Below are positions 28,534 to 38,209 of a DNA stretch of 64,000 bases, piece after piece. The stretch is from an uncultured Erysipelotrichaceae bacterium (lineage in GTDB: Bacteria; Bacillota_I; Bacilli_A; RFN20; CAG-826): positions 35,738-99,737 of the forward strand of contig CADAXQ010000002.1 in the NCBI GenBank assembly GCA_902791935.1, read 5' to 3'. Below the pieces are notes generated by a model that saw nothing but the letters and a program-made list of their open reading frames with translations, was not told the origin of the DNA and did not search any database. Positions within the stretch are counted from its first letter, which is position 1, and each line of letters opens with the position of its first letter. Made by a program: the position numbers and the translations under genes.

Positions 28534-29684
28534 ATGACTTCGCGTATTATGTTCCCGTTCGTTTCGGCGAAACCGGGAAAGCATATTATTTCGGAACGAA
28601 TAATGAAGCCTTAAAACCGGGTGACCACGTGGTGGTTGACACGATTTCCGGCTTTGAAATGGGCTTTGTGGCTGAAACGCCAAAAAGCACGGAGCTTTAT
28701 CATTCGGATTTAGAGCTTAAGCCGGTGGTCCGTTTGGCGAACGAAGAAGACGAAGAAGACTATGCGCTAGGTAAAGAACAGTCCAAATCTTCTTTAATCA
28801 TTGTTGAACGGGAAGCAAAGAAACTCGGATTAGACATGAATTTCATTAACGCTTCTTATACGTTAGATGGTTCTAAAATCACGGTGAATTACACCGCGGA
28901 TGGCCGTGTGGATTTCCGTGAACTATTACACGTTCTTGCGCCTCAATTAAAATGCCGCATCGATTTACATCAAGTCACCCCGCGCGATAAAGCAAAGATG
29001 GTCGGCGGCATGGGCATCTGCGGGTTGCCACTTTGCTGCTCTACGTTCTTAAATCATTTTGACGGCATTTCGATTTCCCGTGCCAAAAACCAAATGTTGA
29101 CGTTAAACATCCCGAAGCTTTCTGGCGCCTGCGGAAGATTAATGTGCTGCTTGCTTTATGAAGATGAGCTTTATACGCAAGCCCGGGCGGATTTCCCACG
29201 GATTGGGGAAACGCTTCATACCTTGGAAGGCGATTATAAAGTCACGTCCTTCAATATCCTTTCCCGTTCCATCAAACTAGAAGGGAACGATGAAGTGAAG
29301 TTTATCCCGTTAGAAGACTATCGCACGATGGCAAAAGGCGGAAAGGCCATGTCGTTCTCGGATTTACATAAATCAGAACCGACTCCTGCTTCTTCTTATT
29401 CCGCCCCGGATATGAATCCAAGCACAAAGAATCAAAAACAGGATAACGCGCCGAAAGACAATTCCAATAACAATCGTCGTAATGACAACCGGAATCGCGG
29501 TCAACGGAATAACAACCGTCCGCAAGGGCAAAATAACAATAACCGGCAAAATAACAAAGATAACCGCCGCCAAGGGCAAAATAACGACCATCGGAATCCC
29601 CAACGCGGATTCCGTCCGCGTCATCGCGATAACCGCTCCGATAACAAGGTGAATCCGACACCTTCAGATAAGCACGATGCTTAA
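28530..29684 (+). CDS. ricT: RicT/YaaT (PSP1) protein with N/R/Q-rich tail
   Basis: RVDFREL, GGMGICGLPLCCS, KLSGACGRLMCCL. Confidence 0.92.
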   Translation: MNDFAYYVPVRFGETGKAYYFGTNNEALKPGDHVVVDTISGFEMGFVAETPKSTELYHSDLELKPVVRLANEEDEEDYALGKEQSKSSLIIVEREAKKLGLDMNFINASYTLDGSKITVNYTADGRVDFRELLHVLAPQLKCRIDLHQVTPRDKAKMVGGMGICGLPLCCSTFLNHFDGISISRAKNQMLTLNIPKLSGACGRLMCCLLYEDELYTQARADFPRIGETLHTLEGDYKVTSFNILSRSIKLEGNDEVKFIPLEDYRTMAKGGKAMSFSDLHKSEPTPASSYSAPDMNPSTKNQKQDNAPKDNSNNNRRNDNRNRGQRNNNRPQGQNNNNRQNNKDNRRQGQNNDHRNPQRGFRPRHRDNRSDNKVNPTPSDKHDA

Positions 29685-30540
29685 ACGAGAACTAAATTTC
29701 ATCGGGGAAACCCCGTTACTTTATTTGGTGGCAACACCGATCGGAAACTTATCCGAGTTTTCTCCTCGTGCGATTGAAACGTTGAAAACCATGGACTATG
29801 TTGCCTGCGAAGATACCAGAAATACTGGCCTTCTCTTACAACATTTTTCCATTCGCGTCCCGTTAATTTCATGTCACGAACATAATGAAGAAACCGCCGC
29901 GGATAAGATTCTTTCTTTATTAAAAGATGGCAAGAAAATCGCCTATGCTTCGGATGCGGGCTATCCTGTGATTTCTGATCCGGGCGCAAGGCTGGCCAAG
30001 CGCGTCTTAGAAGCAGGGTATAAAGTCTCGGTCATCAATGGCCCCAGCGCTTGCCTTTGCGCTTTGGTCGGATCAGGACTTCCTGCCGACCACTTCTATT
30101 TTTATGGTTTCTTAGATAGCAAACCCTCGGCAAGAAAAAAGGAACTATCCCGTCTTGTCTCTTTCCCCGATACGATGATTTTCTATGAAGCGCCGCATCG
30201 AATTAAAGCCACATTAAAGGATATGGTAAACACTTTTGGGCAAGACCGCGAAGCCACGTTATGTCGTGAATTAACCAAGACCCATGAAGAATATCTCCGT
30301 GGCACATTAGGAGAACTCGCGTCCGTCGATGCGGAAACGTTACTCGGAGAAATGGTGATTGTGGTCCGAGGGAAACCCGAGACCCCAAGCGAAGTGACGG
30401 AGGACACCATCCTCGAAGCATTAGGAACTGCCTTGCAAACGATGCCGTCTAAAGAGGCAATCAAGTCAGTTTCTCAAAACTTAGCTGTTCCGAAAAATCG
30501 TGTTTACGATTTGTATCTTGAATGTTTTAAAAAGAACTAA
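29677..30540 (+). CDS. rsmI: 16S rRNA (C1402-2'-O) methyltransferase
   Basis: LYLVATPIGNL, ACEDTR, SDAGYPVISDPG, FYEAPHR, RELTKTHEE. Confidence 0.97.
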   Translation: MLKRELNFIGETPLLYLVATPIGNLSEFSPRAIETLKTMDYVACEDTRNTGLLLQHFSIRVPLISCHEHNEETAADKILSLLKDGKKIAYASDAGYPVISDPGARLAKRVLEAGYKVSVINGPSACLCALVGSGLPADHFYFYGFLDSKPSARKKELSRLVSFPDTMIFYEAPHRIKATLKDMVNTFGQDREATLCRELTKTHEEYLRGTLGELASVDAETLLGEMVIVVRGKPETPSEVTEDTILEALGTALQTMPSKEAIKSVSQNLAVPKNRVYDLYLECFKKN

Positions 30541-30545
30541 GTAAC

Positions 30546-30585
30546 AAAAGAAGACGCCGGGATTACGCCTCCGGCGTCTTCTTTT
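30546..30585. terminator. Bidirectional terminator between rsmI and the yfhO-like gene
   Basis: AAAAGAAGACGCCGG-10nt-CCGGCGTCTTCTTTT, overlapping the last codons of the yfhO-like gene. Confidence 0.85.
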
Positions 30586-33500
30586 CTTTATGGACGGAAT
30601 AGAGGAATCTTCCGATGGTATAAGCCGCTAAACCAAGCACGGCAACCGAAGCCATGATGGCGCCTTCTTTGAGATATGGCGTTTGATATTTCATCGTGTA
30701 ATGCACTTCCCCTGCTGGGGCAACAAAGCCAACAAAACCGCCATCGAGCTTGAACGTCAGGCATTGCGTGCTTTCACCACTTGCTGTCGTGGCATAGACT
30801 TTCCAGCCAGCATCATAGCCAAGCGTTGTCGCCACCAAGCGCGAATGATCAAACGAAGAATCAAATGTCGCCATGTCTGTCGAATAACGGCAATTCGTGA
30901 TGTTATTCCCTTGTGCGGCATAGTCATAGAACGCTTCATAGTCTTTCCGTGATCCGACCGCCACCGAGAAAGAAGGGATAGCTGCCGTAGAATCCACGGA
31001 ATAATCTGAACTCTTGGCGTTGAAACAGATGGCTTTCACTTTACCTACCGGATAGAAGCCAAAGACATCGGCACGGGCAGCGCCGCTAATATGATGGGCA
31101 CGATAAGATTCCAGCGTTTCGTAATCATAGGCGGTGACCTGGTTCTGGTGCACTTCTCCTGTCGTTTCATCCGTCACGTCTGAAATCATAAAAATCCGAG
31201 TCTTATAACGCGAGATGGAAGAGATGTTATAACGTAACGCAAAATAGGCGCCAGTTTCGTCATCGTTGAAGTAAGTCTTCCCCGAAGGCGTGTAAACCAC
31301 CGTTTGATAATCCGGAATATAAGTACCAGCGGAATTCACGGCCGAACTGGTCACGGAAGGATCCGTGAAGAAATAGGCTGGGCCACCGCGGTAGGAGGTG
31401 CCGTCTCCTTTCGCGATTTCAGGGCCCAAGAAGTTATAGTTGTAATGAGAATAAAGGCGACGTACCACCGTAACATTGGTTAATAAGCTTGCCGCTTCAG
31501 GGGCCGTTTCTGCCGCCAAGGCATTGCCTTCATGATCATAAACGCCTAAGGCCGTAAGCCGTTCGACATCCTTGTCTTGCACGATGGCGCCTGAACCATA
31601 GACTTCTTCGTTACGGTTGATTTCAGCAAATTCCTTCGTGCTGTCATAAGTCTTGTGATAGAAATTATCTTCTTGCGTGTCGTCATTGCTCTTTCCGGCG
31701 GCATAGAAATGATCAACCGCATGGGCAAAAGAGTTCTCATCGATCAAGGAAGAACGATAAACCCGGACCCGTTCCCCCTTTTCTCCCGTCACTTGCACAG
31801 AATCCCAAGGTACATTATCCGAACGAATGTATTTGCCAATCGAAGGATCGACATTGCTTCCTTCCCAATCAGAATAGCCTTCATTCATGATGCCGTAATA
31901 TTTGATGTTTAACGCCGTATCGGCACCAATCCGTTTGTTCCCATAATACGCCGCCCAAGATTTGTTGTAATACGTTTCTCCATAGGCAGTTCCGCTATAT
32001 TCGGGACGATTGAAACGCGAATATAACGCCAGCTGGTTGACATCATAATTAAACAAAGAATGGAAGTTACTCGTGCCATTGTATTGGAAGACTTCTTGAA
32101 CGTTTTTCTCCGGTTGTCCTTCCACAAAGGCACGGTAATAGGAATTGCCATCAAACGAATCAATCTTATCGAATGCCGCTTGAACGGAGGTGCGGTAAGT
32201 CACGCCACCATTCCAACGGGTGTAGGACCAGGTTCCCATGTAAGCAAAGGAGACGTTACCCCACATGATGGTCTCACAGGTAATAATCGCCCCTACAATC
32301 TTTGACAATACGTCTTTGTGACGGAAGAAGATGTAAACACAACCCACCACTAAATCCATCAGAAGCTGGTAAATCACAATCCACAAAGTGGAATGGCCTT
32401 TGACAGAGGAAGGCACGCTATAAGTCGTGCACCAATAGGTAGTAAGAGATGGTTCAAACTTGTGGTCTTTGATGACCACTAAGCAAAGAACCCAAGTTAA
32501 CGTGGCTAAAAATAACGATAGGGCAGCCCCGCTAAACGGCACCCATTTCGGTTCTTCTTTCAAACGATCAAATTCTTGGAAGGCGTAATAAATGATAATC
32601 GGCATCAAAACGATGTACCATCGGCCATAACCATCGCCCGTGAAGGCGTAGAAGAAATAATAGGCAAAGTCCGTAAAAACGAAGTAAGCAAGGAAAACGA
32701 AGGCGAGGACGTGCGATATTTTCTTCCGACGGCAAGAAGAGACAAAGGCAACACAGAACAAGACAACCGTCGGAGTATATGTAAATAACGAAGCGACCCA
32801 GGCGTCATATTGAATGCCACCCGAACCATTCGCACCGCTCGCAATTGGCAAGGCCAAATAGCCATATGTCGGATAGAAAAATCCAATTAACCCCTGTAAT
32901 TCCCGTGCCGGATGTTGCCCAACGAGTTCAAATAACCGCTGGAATAACGTATGAAAATCTAATGTTTTGATCGCATTTTCTAACGAATGCAAATAGGCGG
33001 CGCCAATCGAAACCGTACGGCCTGATAATGAGGATTCACGTAACGATGGGAATAATGTCCACGCACATAGCATAATGCCCGCAGCAAAAGCGCCTACCCC
33101 TACCGCAATCACCAACAGATTCTCTTTCCAAGAACGGCTTCGAATCGTCCAGAAATAACGCCATAAAGCATAAAGAACGCCGAAGATGCAAAGGACGACC
33201 AAGAAGAAGAATGAGACAAGCCCCATGGCACATAAACTGATGGCTAAGGTCAATGGTTTTCGTTCGCGAATTACCTTTTCAATGCCGAGCAAAATCCATG
33301 GCACAAGGCAAGTGGCCGAAACAACGGAAGGGAAGCCTACCATGAAATTCAGGTACCCATTAAAAGCAAAGGCTAGCCCCGCTAAGCGTGCCGGCGTCTC
33401 CCGCATGCCAAGGTATTTGCCATAAAGGCGCATTCCTAAAGCACCTGCTACCCCTTTGGCAAACGTTGCTAAAACATAGGTTTGCGGGATCCAAACCCGG

Positions 33501-33898
33501 GGGAAAATCAGGCAAATAAGCAAGAACGGATCAAACAATCCGTAGTAGGAATTGGAACCAATGTTGTCACTACCTAAATAGGTATCAGTGCTATAGAGCT
33601 CAAAAACGCCAGTGTGGAAGAATCCATGCCAGGCATCCCAATAAGAATGGGCAAACGTAACGTATTGACCTGTATAGTCAGTCCAAGGATAAAACTGCGT
33701 GAAATGATTGGTGACCAAAGAATAGATGCACCAAAGCATGCCAAGAATAAAGACAAATAATCCGTAATAGAAAAGGGAGTGGATGTCAAAAAGCCAGGGG
33801 GCATGTTTCCGCCACCAAGACGATGAACGCGGTTTACGGTCATGCTTCGAACGTAAAGACGCTAAAGTAACGTTCGAACTACTTTCTGAATTTGCCAT
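30563..33898 (-). CDS. YfhO-family (GT-C) polytopic membrane protein
   Basis: DY..QY..F, G....SNSYYGLFDPF, many TM segments, large extracellular loop, C-terminal YDAGWK...GFVG...Y.TPYL. Confidence 0.85.
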   Translation of the reverse strand: MANSESSSNVTLASLRSKHDRKPRSSSWWRKHAPWLFDIHSLFYYGLFVFILGMLWCIYSLVTNHFTQFYPWTDYTGQYVTFAHSYWDAWHGFFHTGVFELYSTDTYLGSDNIGSNSYYGLFDPFLLICLIFPRVWIPQTYVLATFAKGVAGALGMRLYGKYLGMRETPARLAGLAFAFNGYLNFMVGFPSVVSATCLVPWILLGIEKVIRERKPLTLAISLCAMGLVSFFFLVVLCIFGVLYALWRYFWTIRSRSWKENLLVIAVGVGAFAAGIMLCAWTLFPSLRESSLSGRTVSIGAAYLHSLENAIKTLDFHTLFQRLFELVGQHPARELQGLIGFFYPTYGYLALPIASGANGSGGIQYDAWVASLFTYTPTVVLFCVAFVSSCRRKKISHVLAFVFLAYFVFTDFAYYFFYAFTGDGYGRWYIVLMPIIIYYAFQEFDRLKEEPKWVPFSGAALSLFLATLTWVLCLVVIKDHKFEPSLTTYWCTTYSVPSSVKGHSTLWIVIYQLLMDLVVGCVYIFFRHKDVLSKIVGAIITCETIMWGNVSFAYMGTWSYTRWNGGVTYRTSVQAAFDKIDSFDGNSYYRAFVEGQPEKNVQEVFQYNGTSNFHSLFNYDVNQLALYSRFNRPEYSGTAYGETYYNKSWAAYYGNKRIGADTALNIKYYGIMNEGYSDWEGSNVDPSIGKYIRSDNVPWDSVQVTGEKGERVRVYRSSLIDENSFAHAVDHFYAAGKSNDDTQEDNFYHKTYDSTKEFAEINRNEEVYGSGAIVQDKDVERLTALGVYDHEGNALAAETAPEAASLLTNVTVVRRLYSHYNYNFLGPEIAKGDGTSYRGGPAYFFTDPSVTSSAVNSAGTYIPDYQTVVYTPSGKTYFNDDETGAYFALRYNISSISRYKTRIFMISDVTDETTGEVHQNQVTAYDYETLESYRAHHISGAARADVFGFYPVGKVKAICFNAKSSDYSVDSTAAIPSFSVAVGSRKDYEAFYDYAAQGNNITNCRYSTDMATFDSSFDHSRLVATTLGYDAGWKVYATTASGESTQCLTFKLDGGFVGFVAPAGEVHYTMKYQTPYLKEGAIMASVAVLGLAAYTIGRFLYSVHKEKKTPEA

Positions 33899-34737
33899 TA
33901 CTCCTCCGTATTCGAAATGGTTTGAGAATTGTCTGCCGCCGTTTCTTCTTCGCTCTTTTCTTCCGGTTGTGGGGTGCTTAAGCCAACGACATCGCTAGCA
34001 GAAATGGCAAAGGCAATGCCCTGCCCTTTCGTCGCTAAACCAGCCATGTTATAGATGGCCGTTAAGACTTGGTCTTTGATGGTCTTAGGAACCAAAATCA
34101 TCACGATTTGCTTTTCCGGGGTAATCACGATGCCAAAGAATTTTTCCATTTCCTTGTTTCCGGTACCACGGGCGTTAAGCACAGTTCCGCCACGGGCCCC
34201 TGCTCCCTTCGCCGCATCCATGACCAAATCGGCAAAGCCATTATTCACAATGGCAAAAATGACTTCATAGTCTTCTTTCGTTTTAATTTCGTCCATGGAT
34301 GGAACCTCCTTTGGCGCTTCATTGCTGTCGCGCTGATTGGCCAAAAATTTATAAGCTGCTTTCCCAATTAATGATTCGATGGGAAGCAACATCGAAACGC
34401 CCTTCGCGTATTTCGATGCTTGATAACGTTGTTCTAATTCTTCTTTAATTCCCGGATAAGAGGAATAACGAATCGGAGCGAATAGGATTTGCTTTTCTTG
34501 ATTGGAAAGGCCAAAAACATTATAAAGATCGCTTGAAGCGGTGCCGTTACCATGGCAAACATAAGCCGCGCTATCACCTTGATCCATTAAGATTTTCGCG
34601 ATGGCGGAAGCCTGGCCACTGTTGACGATCGTAATCAAAAGATAAAGCCGCTCGGTGACTTTGGTCTTTTCTTCTTTCGTTTCGGCGTTTTTCCGCTCGA
34701 GATGCTTTTCTTCGATTTTATGTCGGAACCAGTTCAT
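33898..34737 (-). CDS. Tandem two-domain PII-like protein
   Basis: Two repeats: LITIVNSG...HGNGTA...EKQIL and IFAIVNNG...GARGGTVLNARGTG...PEKQIV...GQGIAF. Confidence 0.85.
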   Translation of the reverse strand: MNWFRHKIEEKHLERKNAETKEEKTKVTERLYLLITIVNSGQASAIAKILMDQGDSAAYVCHGNGTASSDLYNVFGLSNQEKQILFAPIRYSSYPGIKEELEQRYQASKYAKGVSMLLPIESLIGKAAYKFLANQRDSNEAPKEVPSMDEIKTKEDYEVIFAIVNNGFADLVMDAAKGAGARGGTVLNARGTGNKEMEKFFGIVITPEKQIVMILVPKTIKDQVLTAIYNMAGLATKGQGIAFAISASDVVGLSTPQPEEKSEEETAADNSQTISNTEE

Positions 34738-36374
34738 GCTTGAGCCTCCCCGAAATGAATGATTTCCCCATCATTGGGCTCGAAGAAGTGTTTCCGGGCT
34801 TTCCGATCGAGTAACGCCCGTTTGATACCGGCAATTAAGCCCATCAGTTGAACGACAATCAAAGGCATTAAGGCGATCATGGCCACACAGCCAAAGGCAT
34901 CTTCGTAAATCGAATCCGAAAGGGCTTTTTTGTCCCAGCCAAGCGAATCGCCATAGCCATAAGCAAAACCCGCGACAAACGGCATGACAAACGTAGACGC
35001 CATTGGTCCTGAAGCAACACCGCCCGAGTCAAACGCCATGGCGGTATAAATTTTCGGTACTAAGAACGTTAACCCTAACGCAATAATGTAGCCAGGAACC
35101 ATGTAGTAGAGAATGGAGAAATGGTAATAAGCACGGACGACGGCTAAGGCAACGCCACCGCCGACGGCCAATGCCATGACGGCTAAAACCACATTGCTCT
35201 TGATCGTGCCTTCAGAAACCGTCTCAATTTGCTTGACCAAGATATGAACAGCAGGCTCGGCAACCACGCCAAAGAGACCGAACAACCCACCGACTAAGAT
35301 GGCAATCCAGAGACTATCCGACGTCTTTGCGCCTAAACCCATACCTACTGACTGAGCTACCGGCAAGAAACCGATATTGACGGCGCTTAGGAAAATCACC
35401 AAGCCAAAATAGGCATAAACCAAATTAATTACGATTTTTAAGAATGCTTTCCATCGAATGTGAACGAAAATCAAATCATAAACAACGAAGAACAAGAAGA
35501 TGGGTAAGATGGCAATGCCCACTTCTTTGAACTCGTTAAGAATGGTTTGACCGCTAACCTGGCCAAACGCTTGCCAAAAAGATACCCAATCGCCTGCCTT
35601 CTCAATGGCACTTTCTTCATAGGAATAATACATGGAATCCACATCCATGAATAACGACATTACCATGACGGTGATAATCGGGCCAACGGAAGCTAAGGCC
35701 GTTAAACCGAAGGCATCATCACCGCTTTGATCGCCCGATGATTTAGAGGCAGCTAAACCCGCACCAAAAGCCAAGATGAAAGGAACCGTAACTGGTCCCG
35801 TGGTCACACCGCCAGAGTCGAAGGCAATCGGCAAAAACTTGGGATTCACGATGCCCGTCAAAGCAAAGACCAAGGCATAGAAACAAATGAACATGATGTT
35901 CAAACTCTTATGGAACAGAATCCGTAACACGCCAAACACCACGAATAAGCCAACACCGATACCAACGCCGCAAATGAGTACTGTCTCGTTCCATTGAATC
36001 TGAGTGGCCATGACTTTTAAGTCAGGTTCGGCAATGGTGACCAAAACGCCAATGATGAACGTCATGGCGATGATCAAGAACAAATTCTTGTGTTTGAATA
36101 ACGATTCGCCGACCAAAGAGCCGATGCGGGACATGGATTCGTCAATACCGACATTGAATAACGCCAAGCCAAAGCCAATGATTAAAGCACAAAACCAAAA
36201 GCCCAAGAATGTCCAAGCTTTGAAGCCAGGGATGATATTCGTGAGGAAAAGAACCGTTACCACCACAGCAATCGGCAAGATGCTGAGATAACTCTCCAAG
36301 AGTTTCTTGGCGAAAGAGGACAACGCGTATTTGCCCCCACTATTCTTTTTAGCGCTTCTTTTTGCTTTGACCAT
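34734..36374 (-). CDS. DUF1538 double-domain membrane protein
   Basis: Duplicated AEP and FDSGGV(T/A)(T/S)GP motifs, and DAFG twice. Confidence 0.88.
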   Translation of the reverse strand: MVKAKRSAKKNSGGKYALSSFAKKLLESYLSILPIAVVVTVLFLTNIIPGFKAWTFLGFWFCALIIGFGLALFNVGIDESMSRIGSLVGESLFKHKNLFLIIAMTFIIGVLVTIAEPDLKVMATQIQWNETVLICGVGIGVGLFVVFGVLRILFHKSLNIMFICFYALVFALTGIVNPKFLPIAFDSGGVTTGPVTVPFILAFGAGLAASKSSGDQSGDDAFGLTALASVGPIITVMVMSLFMDVDSMYYSYEESAIEKAGDWVSFWQAFGQVSGQTILNEFKEVGIAILPIFLFFVVYDLIFVHIRWKAFLKIVINLVYAYFGLVIFLSAVNIGFLPVAQSVGMGLGAKTSDSLWIAILVGGLFGLFGVVAEPAVHILVKQIETVSEGTIKSNVVLAVMALAVGGGVALAVVRAYYHFSILYYMVPGYIIALGLTFLVPKIYTAMAFDSGGVASGPMASTFVMPFVAGFAYGYGDSLGWDKKALSDSIYEDAFGCVAMIALMPLIVVQLMGLIAGIKRALLDRKARKHFFEPNDGEIIHFGEAQA

Positions 36375-37332
36375 GGTTCATCTTTTCTTTCTTCGGGAGA
36401 GGAATTGGTTCCCCTGCCATTAATTTCTTAAACGAGGCAGGAATCGGGCAATTGATTTTGTATTCTTTTTGGTTTAATGGATTCGTGAAATCCAATTCGT
36501 AAGCGTGTAGTCCTAATCGCTTTAATGGGTTCGAGGGTTCACCATACCGGTCATCGCCGATGACGTAGTAGCCAGCGTGACCTAATTGAACCCGGATTTG
36601 GTTCTTACGTCCCGTTTCGATGGTGACGTCCAGCAACGCATAATGGCGATTTGAAGTAATCTTCCGATAATTCGTGATGGCCTTCTTGCCTTCGGAGGGA
36701 TGGTGCGTAACGTAGACGGATAATGTTTTATCTTGCGCCAAATAATCGACGAGATGACCCCGTTCAGGAATGTCAGCCGGTTCGACGATCGCATAATATC
36801 CCCGTTTTTTCACGATTTCTTGCCAATGATTCTGTAAGGCTTCACGGACTTCCCATTTCTTGGCAAAAACCAATACGCCTGAGGTGTCTTCGTCTAGACG
36901 ATGAACCACAAAAATACGGGCATTCCGGTCTTTTTGCGTGACATAGTCACTTACCAAACGATAAGCCGTTCTTCCTTTTTCCCGGTCTGAAGCCGTGGAC
37001 AAAAGGCCACTAGGTTTGTTGATGGCGATAATGTCGTCATCTTCATAAAGTATGGGCAAATTGTGCCGTTCGTGTTTTGCAATGGGGCGATAGGAAATCG
37101 TCACTTCATCTTCGGGATATAACGGGTAAGTGAATAACGAAACCGGGGCACCGCCTACCGCGACTTGATGGTTAGCAATGATGCGGCAAATGTTATGCTG
37201 CGATTGATTCGGAATCTTTTCTTTTAGGAACGTCAAAAGGTTCGTTTCATGATAAACGAGATACGTTTTGGTTTGTTTGGGATCGATCAGTCCCTTTTGG
37301 GATCGATGCTTCTTGACGTCGTTTTTATTCAT
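36349..37332 (-). CDS. RluA-family pseudouridine synthase
   Basis: LYEDDD, INKPSGLL, VHRLDEDTSG, TGRKNQIRV, GDDRYG, LHA. Confidence 0.95.
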   Translation of the reverse strand: MNKNDVKKHRSQKGLIDPKQTKTYLVYHETNLLTFLKEKIPNQSQHNICRIIANHQVAVGGAPVSLFTYPLYPEDEVTISYRPIAKHERHNLPILYEDDDIIAINKPSGLLSTASDREKGRTAYRLVSDYVTQKDRNARIFVVHRLDEDTSGVLVFAKKWEVREALQNHWQEIVKKRGYYAIVEPADIPERGHLVDYLAQDKTLSVYVTHHPSEGKKAITNYRKITSNRHYALLDVTIETGRKNQIRVQLGHAGYYVIGDDRYGEPSNPLKRLGLHAYELDFTNPLNQKEYKINCPIPASFKKLMAGEPIPLPKKEKMNHGQSKKKR

Positions 37333-37354
37333 ACTCGTTTATCTTATCAAAGTT

Positions 37355-38209
37355 TTACTTTGAAAGATACGTACGAAGGGCAATCTCTTGATTTTTTGTA
37401 TCGTCTTCACCGGCTTGGCAAAGATCGAGAAGCTTTTTTCGATTTTGACAAGTCACGGATACTTTGGGTGGAACAGAAGGATAAATCACAAAAATTCTCC
37501 CTGCCTCTGCCAGACGATCCATCTCGTCACAATGATGGTTATAAGTGATGGATGTTTGAAGATACGCTTCTAAAAATTCGGGGTGATTGTGGTAACTCCG
37601 TTTTCCCAAACGGCGATTCAAGGTACTCATGGGTGATTTCCGATAGCCTTTGGCGCGGGTAGAAATCACAACAATATAGGGAACGTTTTCTTCCAAGGCA
37701 CGATGAAAGGGAATGGGTTCCACTACCCCGCCATCGAGATAACCATCACCCCCGATTTCAATGGGATGTGAATAGGGCGGCAAAGAGGCGCTAGAAGACA
37801 ATCCAGCCAGGAAATCCGTATCATTTTTCGAAAAATAAGCGACTTTTCCCGAGGAAACGGACGTCGATACGGCAAAGAAATTCGTGGGAGAACGATCAAA
37901 GATTTCTTGCTTGAACGGCAATTGCTTTTTCGGCATTTCTTCAAGCAAATAATGAAAGTCAAAGATAGAACCTTTCTTCCAATAATTCGAAGGACGAATA
38001 AATCCATGAGCATCGGAAAGCACCGTTACCATTTTGAGCAATCGTTCTTCATCGCCTGTCACGAAATCCACGCCGAGCAAAGCGCCTGCGCTCGTGCCAT
38101 AAACTTCATCGGCCCTAAAGCCTTCTCGAAGCAATTCGCGTAATACCCCTGCCGCATAAGCACCACGGGCGCCGCCGCCTTGAATGCACAAAGCAATTTT
38201 AGGCGCCAT
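37355..38209 (-). CDS. Patatin-family protein
   Basis: GGGARG, GTSAG, SASLP, LDGGV. Start at MAPKI. Confidence 0.9.
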   Translation of the reverse strand: MAPKIALCIQGGGARGAYAAGVLRELLREGFRADEVYGTSAGALLGVDFVTGDEERLLKMVTVLSDAHGFIRPSNYWKKGSIFDFHYLLEEMPKKQLPFKQEIFDRSPTNFFAVSTSVSSGKVAYFSKNDTDFLAGLSSSASLPPYSHPIEIGGDGYLDGGVVEPIPFHRALEENVPYIVVISTRAKGYRKSPMSTLNRRLGKRSYHNHPEFLEAYLQTSITYNHHCDEMDRLAEAGRIFVIYPSVPPKVSVTCQNRKKLLDLCQAGEDDTKNQEIALRTYLSK

